Assembly (NCBI GenBank): GCA_965215505.1
Contig: OZ244065.1
Span: 128,001 to 192,000 of the forward strand
DNA: 64,000 nt
Source: Capsulimonadaceae bacterium
GTDB lineage: Bacteria > Armatimonadota > Armatimonadia > Armatimonadales > Capsulimonadaceae
Direction of reading: 5' to 3'
Shown: one piece after another, positions 1 through 8,191 of the stretch
How positions within the stretch are numbered: the first letter of the stretch is position 1
Layout of the letters: each line of letters begins with the position of its first letter
Position numbers and translations under genes: made by a program
Notes under the pieces: model-generated
What the model was told of the DNA's origin: nothing
The model's input: the letters and a program-made list of their open reading frames with translations, nothing else
Databases searched by the model: none

Positions 1-363
1 GAGGTGCTGGTGGGAGTCGAGGTGGCTGGCCGGCAGCCCGCGCAGGGCGTCTAACTGCGCGCGCAGGGCGTCTGCGACCCGCCGGGCGGGCCACGCGCCG
101 CGCGCATAGCCCGAGAGGAAGGCACCCAGGGTGGTGGGGAAACCGGGGAGGCCGACGAGTGTAAAATGCAGGCCCAGATCCAGGCCGGGCATAGCCGACA
201 TCCGCCGCAAGGCGTCCTCATACGCGGGGCCGAGCGGCATCAGGCTGGCCGACGAGACGACGCCCTCCCGGTGCGCCCGCTCCACGCCCTCGTTCAAGGC
301 GGGGTGCAGGCCGAAGTCGTCGGCGTGGACGATGACGCGCGCCGTCCTGTCTCCTCCGCTCAT
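1..363 (-). CDS. YdjC/ChbG/HpnK-family carbohydrate deacetylase (3' end runs off the window)
   Basis: Not in the ORF track. Manual translation from ATG at 363, which overlaps the GT2 stop: MSGGDRTARVIVHADDFGLHPALNEGV...SASLM...LGLHFTL...HLDSHQHL. ADDFG, GLH and DSHQH are YdjC hallmark motifs. Confidence 0.88.
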   Translation of the reverse strand, partial: MSGGDRTARVIVHADDFGLHPALNEGVERAHREGVVSSASLMPLGPAYEDALRRMSAMPGLDLGLHFTLVGLPGFPTTLGAFLSGYARGAWPARRVADALRAQLDALRGLPASHLDSHQHL

Positions 364-1115
364 GGGCGGGCGGCGCGGGGTCGGGACGGGCGGCGAGAAG
401 CGGCGCGGCGGTAGTCGGCCATCTCGTGCAGGATCTTGACGACGACCCCGCCCGAGGCCAGCGTGGAGACGCCCGCCGTGCGCTCGTAGTAGCGCATGGG
501 AATCTCCGCGATGGTGAACCCGGCCCGGTGCGTCTCGATCAGCAGCTCGGCGTCAATGAACGACCCTTCGCTCTGCAAGGTGATCTGCTCGACAATAGCC
601 CGTCGGAACAGTTTGAAGGCGAAGTTGACGTCGCGCACCTTCAGGCCGAACAGGACGCGGATGAGCCGGTTATAGACGAACGACATGGCCTCGCGCTTCA
701 GCCCCTCGGCCCGACCCTGCCGGTTGCCGATCACCATGTCTGCGTTGGCCGTCAGCGGGATCGCCGAGAGCGCGTCGTCCATCTGGATCGGCAGGTCGCT
801 GTCAATGTAAAGAATCCAATCTTTAGTGGCCGCCGCGAAGCCCGTCCGCAGTGTCCCGCCCAGCCTTCGGTTCTTGGCGTGGTGAACGACCTTTAGCTCA
901 GAGTGCCGGGAGGCGAGTTGGTCCGCCAGCGCCCCGCACCCATCGGTGGAGCAGTCGTCCACGACCACGATCTCCAGGTCGGAGGTGATCTTGTACCCGG
1001 TCGCCAGCGCCTGGGCCACGCAGTTCTCGATGTTGCCGATCTCGTTATACATCGGGAACACGAACGAAAGGCTCGGCAGCGTCGCACGCGCCTCGGCATT
1101 AGTATCTTCTGTCAT
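360..1115 (-). CDS. Glycosyltransferase family 2 (polyprenol-phosphate glycosyltransferase, DPM1/ArnC-like)
   Basis: FVFPMYNE, VVVDDCSTDG, YIDSDL (DxD), RDVNFAFKLFRR motifs. Confidence 0.9.
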   Translation of the reverse strand: MTEDTNAEARATLPSLSFVFPMYNEIGNIENCVAQALATGYKITSDLEIVVVDDCSTDGCGALADQLASRHSELKVVHHAKNRRLGGTLRTGFAAATKDWILYIDSDLPIQMDDALSAIPLTANADMVIGNRQGRAEGLKREAMSFVYNRLIRVLFGLKVRDVNFAFKLFRRAIVEQITLQSEGSFIDAELLIETHRAGFTIAEIPMRYYERTAGVSTLASGGVVVKILHEMADYRRAASRRPSRPRAARP

Positions 1116-1134
1116 CTTCGGTGCCTTCTCATCG

Positions 1135-2793
1135 TCACGGCTTGCGCGGCGTCGCCCGGATCAGGACCGTCCGGTCATAACGCCATAGCTCTTCCAGGTT
1201 GGTGACGCCGTACTTCCCGCGCAGCTCGTCCTCATCACTCGTCCGCGTGGCGTACACGACGCCGGGGTGCTGCTTCATGTCTTGGACCGCGCCAACGTGG
1301 TCGTCCGTGTAGACGACCGGCTGGATCGAATAATACCGCAGGCTGGGGTGCTTGAACCCCAGCGCGTGGATGACGCCGTCCGGGGGCGTCGTCAGGTCGG
1401 CGAAGACGGCCATCTTGCGTTCCGAAACGTCCGCCTCGCGCACCTTCCAGGTCGGCGAACACCAGGCGATTAACAAAAACAGCGCGAATGCTGTTCCGGG
1501 CACTAGCCAAACCCAGGGCTGCCGACGGGATGTGATGATGACAACCGCCGACCCGGTGAGGGTGAAGTCCCACAACAACAGCGTCCCCGTCGTCACGCCG
1601 AACTTCTTTCCCGCGATGTTCAGCGCGACCGCCAGGGCCACAGCAAACGCCGCGTATAGCCATAGAGGGTCAAACCGCGCCAAAGTTTCAGGACGCTTCG
1701 CCAGCCAAAGCCCGACCAGCACGGCCGCCGCCGGGTAGAGTGGGAAGATGTAGGTGATCAGCTTGCTCTGCGAGGCCGAGAAGAAGACAAAGACAAGCGC
1801 GACCCAGAGGCCGAGGAAGAGCGCGGGGTTGTCCGCCGGCTGCGCCCGCCATGCCTCCCGCCCCTGACGCCAGGCCAAGGTCAGCGCGCCCGGCAGGGCC
1901 AGCGACCAGGGGAAGAATCCGCCCAGCAGGACGGGCAGGAAGAACCAGACGGGGCTTGTCTCCTTGTGCTCCGCCTGCAAGTACCGCGTGACGTTGTTGG
2001 CTTCCAAAAACCCGTCAATGAACAGCCGCCCGTGCAGGTGGATCATCAGCAGGAACCAGGGCAGGCCGACGACGAGGCAGAGCGCGAAGCCGCCCCAGAG
2101 GGCGGGGGACAGCAGGCGTTTTGGCTGGCGCGTCAGGCACAGGAAGGCGATTGTCTGGATGCCGATTAGGACCAGCGCGACCGGGCCTTTGGTCAGCGCG
2201 GCAAGGCCGGTCATCACGCCCGCCAGAACGATCCATCCCGCCCGATGCGTCTGAGTCCAGGCGTACAATGCGTAAAGGGCCGCCGTCAGCGTCAAGGCCA
2301 GCGTCATGTCCGTCACGGCGGCGCGGGCCAGCAAGAAGAACTGGATGCTGGTCGCCAGGGCGAAGCCCGCCCACACTGCGGCGCGTTGCGTTTGAGGGTA
2401 GGCCCGCCGTGCCAGGGCATAGGTGACTGCGACCAGGGCCACGGCCAGCAGGGCAGACGGGAGGCGGGCGGCGAACTCGGAGACGCCGAAGAGGCGCATG
2501 GAGAGCGCCGTGAGCCAGTAGAACAGCGGCGGCTTGTCGAACCAGGGCAGCCCGCCGTAGTGCGGCGTCAGCCAGCCCGCCGGGCCGGAACGGGCCATCT
2601 CCCTGCCGACCTGCCCGTAGACCGGCTCGTCCACGTCCACGAGGGGCAGGCTGCCGAGGCTCCAGAAGGACAGCAGGGCCGCCCCCAGGAGCAGCAAAGG
2701 GAGGCCCAGGCGCTCGCGACTGACCGGGGACGATGAACTTGTTTCTTGGACACGGATAGGCGGATTATACCGGGGGCGGGGGCGGGAAGTCAA
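1135..2793 (-). CDS. ArnT/PMT-like GT-C membrane glycosyltransferase (family 39/83); start codon uncertain
   Basis: DVDEPVY, WFDKPPLFYW, SEFAARLPSAL, LTKGP, SKLITYIFP motifs and many TM segments. Confidence 0.9.
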   Translation of the reverse strand: MTSRPRPRYNPPIRVQETSSSSPVSRERLGLPLLLLGAALLSFWSLGSLPLVDVDEPVYGQVGREMARSGPAGWLTPHYGGLPWFDKPPLFYWLTALSMRLFGVSEFAARLPSALLAVALVAVTYALARRAYPQTQRAAVWAGFALATSIQFFLLARAAVTDMTLALTLTAALYALYAWTQTHRAGWIVLAGVMTGLAALTKGPVALVLIGIQTIAFLCLTRQPKRLLSPALWGGFALCLVVGLPWFLLMIHLHGRLFIDGFLEANNVTRYLQAEHKETSPVWFFLPVLLGGFFPWSLALPGALTLAWRQGREAWRAQPADNPALFLGLWVALVFVFFSASQSKLITYIFPLYPAAAVLVGLWLAKRPETLARFDPLWLYAAFAVALAVALNIAGKKFGVTTGTLLLWDFTLTGSAVVIITSRRQPWVWLVPGTAFALFLLIAWCSPTWKVREADVSERKMAVFADLTTPPDGVIHALGFKHPSLRYYSIQPVVYTDDHVGAVQDMKQHPGVVYATRTSDEDELRGKYGVTNLEELWRYDRTVLIRATPRKP

Positions 2794-3632
2794 ACGCCGG
2801 TCGCCGCCCGCCAGGCACGGTGGAACGCGGCCATCGAGGCGAAGCGCCGGGCGCGGTCCGGCTGACAGGCCAATACGACAACGTCAAGAAGGGCGCGCGG
2901 TCCGCGAAAGGCATCCGGGTCGAGCGTCCCGTCGGACAGGAAGACCAGGGCTGTCCGGCCCATGACGAACACCATCGTCTGCTCGTCTATTCGTGCGCCC
3001 CGCTCGAACTCTTCTGGAGCCATGAAGCGCGTCGAGCCAAACATCCGCCCCATCTCGTTGACGAATGGGCCGTCATAGTATAGGTCAAGGTCAATCGCCC
3101 AGAGCCGCCCCGCGTTGAAGTCGTAGAGCAGGGAGCCGTCGTAGAAGTCCGAGGCGACCCAGCCTGCGGCGGACAGATGCACATGAAGATCAAACACGGC
3201 GTCGAGGCAGGAGCGCACCGTAGGTTCCGGCAGATGCCGGAACCGCTGGAAGGCCGACCGGGGATCGTCGCGCATCGCGCGGGACGCGCCGAGGAGTTCC
3301 CCATCGAGCCACGGGTAGACCAGCATCGGGCCGTCGGGGGACTCGATCACTCCGAGCAGTCCGGGCAGGAGTGAATGGCTGACAGTCGCACTCAGTTGTG
3401 CCGCGTCCCGCAGCAGAGCCACGCGGCCCCCATGGTCGAGGGCCGGACGCGGATCATCCGGCAGTCCCGCCGTCTTGACGAAGTAGCGGGCCTCGCCGAC
3501 CTGGACGCCATACGAAATGTTGCCCGAGTCCTGGGTTTTGTCGCCGAACTCGGCGAAGACTAGGCCGACGGATCGGAGGTATTCGGATGGGGGCAGGTCA
3601 ATCGCCGGGCGTTGCAGCAGCGGGTGGGGCAT
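2790..3632 (-). CDS. Ser/Thr protein kinase-like protein with a non-canonical catalytic loop
   Basis: YFVK (beta3 Lys), SDFYDGSLL, IDLD (DFG position), GSTRFMAPEEF (APE). Confidence 0.75.
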   Translation of the reverse strand: MPHPLLQRPAIDLPPSEYLRSVGLVFAEFGDKTQDSGNISYGVQVGEARYFVKTAGLPDDPRPALDHGGRVALLRDAAQLSATVSHSLLPGLLGVIESPDGPMLVYPWLDGELLGASRAMRDDPRSAFQRFRHLPEPTVRSCLDAVFDLHVHLSAAGWVASDFYDGSLLYDFNAGRLWAIDLDLYYDGPFVNEMGRMFGSTRFMAPEEFERGARIDEQTMVFVMGRTALVFLSDGTLDPDAFRGPRALLDVVVLACQPDRARRFASMAAFHRAWRAATGV

Positions 3633-4683
3633 CGGTCAAAGTCTCCTCACTGACATTTTTCGGCCCGCGCCGCTCCCAGCGCACCCACTGGAAGCCGAGC
3701 AGAACCAGCAGGGTCCCGGCTTGCAGGACATAGGACAGGTCCGCCGAGACGTTTGCCGTCCGCTCCATGCTGCCGGACCCCGCCGCCAGAGCGCCGAAGA
3801 ACAGGGCGGAGGCGATGATGCCGTAGGGGTTCAGCCGTCCCAGCAGGGCCACGGCGACGGCGGCGAAGCCGTAGCCGGGGGAATAATTCTCGTACAGAGT
3901 CCCGACCACGCCGGACAGCTCCACGGCCCCGGCCAGCCCGCAGAGCGCGCCGCTCCAAAGCATGGTCATTAGCCGTGTCCGATCCACCTCCAGCCCGGCC
4001 ACGAGGGCGGCGTCGGGGTTCGCCCCGACGACGCGCAGAGCAAACCCCGCCTCGGTGCGGTTTAGATAGACGGACACGACGATCGCCATGATGAGGGCGA
4101 GGGCGAACCCCCAGTGGAGCGTCGTGCCGTGCCAGAGGAGCGGCAGCGTGGCCGAAGCGGGCAGAGGAGCGGAAGCCGGCTGGGCATGACTCGCCTCCTG
4201 CATGGGGCCATGCACCAAATACGACAACACTTGGGCGGCGACAAAGTTCAGCATGATCGTGCTGATGACTTCGGGCACGTTCCGCGCGACGCGCATCCAG
4301 CCCGCCAGGCCCGCCCAGAGTGCCCCCGCCGCCGCGCCCGCCAGCAGGATGATCGGGAGCAAAACGGGCGCGGGCAGGCCGTCGAGCGCATAGGCCCCCA
4401 GCGCGGACGCGGCCAGTGCGCCGACCAAAAACTGCCCCTCGCCGCCGATGTTCCAAAGCCGCGCCCGGAAGGCGACGGCGACGCCCAGCCCGGTCAGCAG
4501 CAGCGGGGTCGTCTTGGTGAGCGTGTCCGCGACGGCATAGGCGCTGCCGAACGCGCCCCCCGCAAGGGCAGTCAAGGCAGCGCGCGGTGAGCCGTGGGAC
4601 AGGGCAATGACGAGCAGCGCCAGTCCGAACGAGAGGACCAACGCGGCCCCGATGCGGGCGGCTTGGCGCAGGGCGTCAGCCAT
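3598..4683 (-). CDS. ABC transporter permease (nucleoside/simple-sugar type)
   Basis: PLLLTGLGVAVAFRARLWNIGGEGQ, EVISTIMLN, GYGF..VAVALLGR..P motifs. Start could be at 4683 or 4695. Confidence 0.9.
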   Translation of the reverse strand: MADALRQAARIGAALVLSFGLALLVIALSHGSPRAALTALAGGAFGSAYAVADTLTKTTPLLLTGLGVAVAFRARLWNIGGEGQFLVGALAASALGAYALDGLPAPVLLPIILLAGAAAGALWAGLAGWMRVARNVPEVISTIMLNFVAAQVLSYLVHGPMQEASHAQPASAPLPASATLPLLWHGTTLHWGFALALIMAIVVSVYLNRTEAGFALRVVGANPDAALVAGLEVDRTRLMTMLWSGALCGLAGAVELSGVVGTLYENYSPGYGFAAVAVALLGRLNPYGIIASALFFGALAAGSGSMERTANVSADLSYVLQAGTLLVLLGFQWVRWERRGPKNVSEETLTDAPPAAATPGD

Positions 4684-6397
4684 GCCCGCCTCCACTCACT
4701 ACGCCTTTGCCGCCCATCATCAGGCCCAATGTCTCGCGCGGCGTGTCCGGCGGGACGACGCCGACGATGCGGCCCTCGTACAGCACGGCGATCCGTGTGC
4801 TGAGGGCGATCACCTCGTCAAGCTCGGTCGAGATCAGAACCGTCGCGCCCCCGTCCGCCGCCCGCGCCCGCAGCTTGGCGTGGACGTAGCCCGTCGCGGC
4901 CACATCCAGCCCGCGCGTCGGGCTGACGGCGACCAATAATGCGGGCTTGCGCCACAGCGCGCGGGCGATGACGATCTTCTGCTGGTTGCCGCCCGAGAGC
5001 GACCGGGCGGGGAGATTGAGGTCGGAGGCGCGGATGTCGAAGTCGCGGGCGAGTTCGCCGGCAAAAGCGGCCAGCCCCCGCCGGTCCAGGAACAGGCCGC
5101 CGACCCCGCGCCGGAAGCGCGGCAGCCGGGCGGCTTCCAGAGTGAGGTTGTCGGTGATCGAGAGCGTCAGGGCCAGCCCTTCTGTATGCCGGTCCGGTGG
5201 GATCAGGGCGATGCCGAGTCGCTCCAGATCGCGCGGACGGAGTCGGGCGATGTCCTGTCCATTCAATGCCATCTGCCCGCCGGTCCAGGGCCGCAGGCCG
5301 GTCAGCGCGCCGGCCAGTTCCGCCTGCCCATTGCCGTCCACGCCGGCGAACCCCAACGTCTCGCCCGGCCGGAGCGAGAACGTCAGCCCGCATAGGGCCA
5401 CGGCATCCGGGCCGCCCTGCGTGGAAAGGTCGGTGACAGCAAGGACAGACGCCCCATTCCGGTCCATCGTAGGGGCGCCGCTTGCTGCGCCCTCTTCTCT
5501 TGCCGCGCCCTCGTCTACCATCACACCCGCAGACAAGGAGGGCGCGGCAAGCGGCGCACCTACGAGGATGTTACCGCCGCCCACCATCCGCCGCGCCAGG
5601 TATTCGGGGCTGGTGTCGGCGACGGCGACCGTACCGACGGCGCGGCCCCGGCGCAGGACAGTGACGCGGTCGCACAGCGCCATGACCTCGTTCAGCTTGT
5701 GCGAGACGAACACGAGCGACCGACCCTCATCACGCAGAGCGCGCAGGACGGTGAACAGCTCGCCGATCTCCGTGGGCGCGAGGACGGCGGTCGGCTCATC
5801 GAAGAGCAGGATGCGCGCGTTGCCCAGCAGCGCCTTCAATATCTCCACCCGCTGCTGCGTCCCCACCGGCAGGTCGGCAACGCGGGCGTTCAGGGGGATC
5901 GCCCAGCCGAGCCGCTGCGCGATGTTGCGCGCCTCGCGCAGCGGCGGGCGTCGGTCAAGTGAGGCCAGGGCCAGGTTCTCGGCGACAGTGAACGGGGGGA
6001 CGAGCAGGAAGTGCTGATGCACCATGCCGATGCCCGCCTGCGCGGCGTCCTGGGGGGAGGCAAAGCGGGCCGAATGTCCGTCCAGCATGATCGTCCCCGC
6101 CGTCGGCGGCGTCAGGCCGCGCAGGACGTTCATCAGCGTGGACTTGCCCGCGCCGTTCTCGCCGAGAAGGGCGTGGATCTCGCCGGGCGCGAGGTCAAAG
6201 TCAACGCAGTCGAGGGCGGTGACGTCGCCGAAGCGCTTGGTGATGCCGCGCATGGAAAGGGCGGAAGGGGAAGGCAAGAGGGAAGGGTGGGAGGTGGCAG
6301 AAGGGCGGGGGGACCCCGCCCCTACGGAATGACCGTGTAGGGGCGGGGTCCCCCCGCCCTCCCTCATGCCCGGCCCGTCCGGGGACGTTCCTGCCAT
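4676..6397 (-). CDS. ABC transporter ATP-binding protein (two ABC domains, sugar/nucleoside type); true start 6397 or 6253
   Basis: Walker A GENGAGKST, LLFDEPT, LSGGNQQK, PTRGLDV. Contains REP-derived inserts. Confidence 0.93.
   Translation of the reverse strand: MAGTSPDGPGMREGGGTPPLHGHSVGAGSPRPSATSHPSLLPSPSALSMRGITKRFGDVTALDCVDFDLAPGEIHALLGENGAGKSTLMNVLRGLTPPTAGTIMLDGHSARFASPQDAAQAGIGMVHQHFLLVPPFTVAENLALASLDRRPPLREARNIAQRLGWAIPLNARVADLPVGTQQRVEILKALLGNARILLFDEPTAVLAPTEIGELFTVLRALRDEGRSLVFVSHKLNEVMALCDRVTVLRRGRAVGTVAVADTSPEYLARRMVGGGNILVGAPLAAPSLSAGVMVDEGAAREEGAASGAPTMDRNGASVLAVTDLSTQGGPDAVALCGLTFSLRPGETLGFAGVDGNGQAELAGALTGLRPWTGGQMALNGQDIARLRPRDLERLGIALIPPDRHTEGLALTLSITDNLTLEAARLPRFRRGVGGLFLDRRGLAAFAGELARDFDIRASDLNLPARSLSGGNQQKIVIARALWRKPALLVAVSPTRGLDVAATGYVHAKLRARAADGGATVLISTELDEVIALSTRIAVLYEGRIVGVVPPDTPRETLGLMMGGKGVVSGGGHG
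5469..5563. repeat. GTAG-type REP doublet (REPIN-like) inside the ABC ATPase CDS
   Basis: GTAGGGGCGCCGCTTGCTGCGCCCT (5469-5493) is inverted against AGGGCGCGGCAAGCGGCGCACCTAC (5539-5563). A partial extra copy lies at 5499-5512. Confidence 0.8.
6302..6360. repeat. GTAG-type REP inverted pair
   Basis: AGGGCGGGGGGACCCCGCCCCTAC, an 11-nt spacer, then GTAGGGGCGGGGTCCCCCCGCCCT. Perfect 24-bp inverted repeat. Confidence 0.8.
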
Positions 6398-6399
6398 GC

Positions 6400-7434
6400 C
6401 TACGACCCGGCCACGGACAGCTTGCCCGCCGCAATGTCCTTCGACGCCTGCTGGATCTTCGCCTTGCCGGCGGCGGGGATGACGGACGCCAGCGCGGGGT
6501 TGTCAATGAGGCGCACGTCGTTTTCTTTCAGCCCCAGCGGCAGCGCCTGGCCCTTGAAGGTGCCGTTCTTGACCGATGTGGCGACATCCAAAAACGCTTT
6601 GGGGACATCGAGGAAGACCGATGAAAGGACGTTGGACGCCTTCTTGTTCTCGTCGGCGTTGACGCCGAAGGTGTAGACGCCGGGCTTGCCGCCCGCCGTC
6701 TGGAACATGCCCGCCGCCGCCGCATCGCAGTTGTGCGCGATGGTGTCCGCGCCGCTGGTCAGCAGGGCGTCCGTCTGGGCCTTCGCCGCGCTCGTGTCCG
6801 ACCAGCCGTTGATGTAGGTCGTCTTGAACGTGTACCCGGCGTTGACCGCCTTGGCACCCTGCGCGAAGGCGTCGGCGGCGCGCTTGACCGGGGGCAGTTC
6901 TTGGCCGCCGATGAAGCCGCCCTTGCCGGTCTTGGAGACCATCCCGGCCTCCATCCCCTGCAAATAGGTTCCCTCCTCGGTGGAGAAGTGCAGGGCGGTC
7001 AGGTTCGGGGCCGTGCTGTCGCCGCCAGTCGTCACGAACACGACCTTGGGGAACTGTGCGGCGACCTTCGCCGCTGCCGGTCCGAACTCATCGCCGTGCG
7101 CGAAGATGAGGGTATAGCCTTGCTGTGCGTAATCACGGAACGCGCCTTCGAAGGCGTCCGGCTTCAGGTTCTCCTGCTTGGCGACCTGCGCGCCCAGGGT
7201 CTTCTGAATACGCTGAAGCCCCTCATACGCCGACTGGTTCCAACCGCCGTCGGTGACGGGGCCGGTCGTCAGCAGAGCGACTTTCATCGTCCCGGTGACG
7301 GGCGGGAGGGGGGGCGCGTCAGCTTGCGTGGCCCGGCCGGATGTTGTGGACGGCGCGTTTGTTTGATGGCATCCGGCGGCGAGCAAGGTGAAGGAAGCAA
7401 GCATGGCGCAGGGAATGAGGCGCGGGGTGTTCAA
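6400..7434 (-). CDS. BMP-family ABC substrate-binding lipoprotein
   Basis: Lipobox LAAGC, D.GWNQSAYEGL, EGTYLQG..AG motifs. TTG start at 7434 follows AAGGAA (ORF extends to 7473). Confidence 0.9.
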   Translation of the reverse strand: MNTPRLIPCAMLASFTLLAAGCHQTNAPSTTSGRATQADAPPLPPVTGTMKVALLTTGPVTDGGWNQSAYEGLQRIQKTLGAQVAKQENLKPDAFEGAFRDYAQQGYTLIFAHGDEFGPAAAKVAAQFPKVVFVTTGGDSTAPNLTALHFSTEEGTYLQGMEAGMVSKTGKGGFIGGQELPPVKRAADAFAQGAKAVNAGYTFKTTYINGWSDTSAAKAQTDALLTSGADTIAHNCDAAAAGMFQTAGGKPGVYTFGVNADENKKASNVLSSVFLDVPKAFLDVATSVKNGTFKGQALPLGLKENDVRLIDNPALASVIPAAGKAKIQQASKDIAAGKLSVAGS

Positions 7435-7468
7435 TAACGATTCCTTTTCTAATGACCTGCTGGCGGTC

Positions 7469-7602
7469 GCCACGGGTTGAAACCCGAGGCTGAGAAGTGC
7501 CCAGCGTCCAGGGGACGCAAGAATGGCAGAGGCTTCGGAGCGGCCCTTTCTTTTGTCCCTTGGACAGCGGGCTTTTCAGAGCCTCGGGTTTCAACCCATG
7601 GC
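7469..7602. repeat. ~134-bp imperfect palindrome (REP/MITE-like, GGGTTGAAACCC type)
   Basis: GCCACGGGTTGAAACCCGAGGCT (7469-7491) is inverted against AGCCTCGGGTTTCAACCCATGGC (7580-7602). Inner pairing GTCCAGGGGAC/GTCCCTTGGAC. Confidence 0.75.
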
Positions 7603-7604
7603 AT

Positions 7605-7823
7605 CTACCGGACGCGCATAAAATGCATCCCAAGTGGCGAGGCCAGGTTAAGTCCCTGCTCCCACTGCTCCTGCTTCAGTAGGCTCTCGCCCACCTTCTG
7701 ACACACGGAACATAGGAACTTGACATAGACAAAATACGGCCCGACCATGCGCTCGTAGAACTTGAAGGTGATTAGGTCTGCTGGCCGGATGATCTCGCCG
7801 CAACTACATATCGGCTCACTCAT
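7605..7823 (-). CDS. Small Zn-ribbon-like hypothetical protein (72 aa)
   Basis: MSEPICSCG...FLCSVCQK (CxC plus CxxC). GGAGG/AGAGG upstream of ATG 7823. Confidence 0.7.
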   Translation of the reverse strand: MSEPICSCGEIIRPADLITFKFYERMVGPYFVYVKFLCSVCQKVGESLLKQEQWEQGLNLASPLGMHFMRVR

Positions 7824-7846
7824 GTTGCCTCTAAAACCTCCTGTGC

Positions 7847-8191
7847 CTATCCCGGCGGCCACGTCAGGTGCCGACCGCCTAAAACGTGCAGGTGCAGATG
7901 GTCCACGGATTGCCCGCCGTCTTTGCCGACGTTGACGACGACGCGGAAGCCGTCTTCGGCCAGGCCCAGGGTGCGGGCGACGTGGACGGCGGCCTGCATG
8001 AGCTGGCCGAGCAATAGGGTGTGGTCGGGCGTGGCGTCGAGCAGGTTGACAAGCGGCTCTTTGGGGATGACTAAAATGTGCGTCGGGGCCTGCGGGGCGA
8101 CATCGCGGAAGGCGAGGACTTGGTCGTCTTCGTAGACGATGTCGGCGGGGATCTCACGCCGAATGATCTTGTCAAAAATCGTGTCCGGCAT
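7847..8191 (-). CDS. hinT: Histidine triad nucleotide-binding protein
   Basis: [40 protein letters not shown]...WPPG. Confidence 0.95.
   Translation of the reverse strand: MPDTIFDKIIRREIPADIVYEDDQVLAFRDVAPQAPTHILVIPKEPLVNLLDATPDHTLLLGQLMQAAVHVARTLGLAEDGFRVVVNVGKDGGQSVDHLHLHVLGGRHLTWPPG

Noticed and set aside
39..73. 14-bp direct repeat CGCGCAGGGCGTCT
   Set aside because: A short coding duplication (DALR twice) within the YdjC gene, with no further significance evident.
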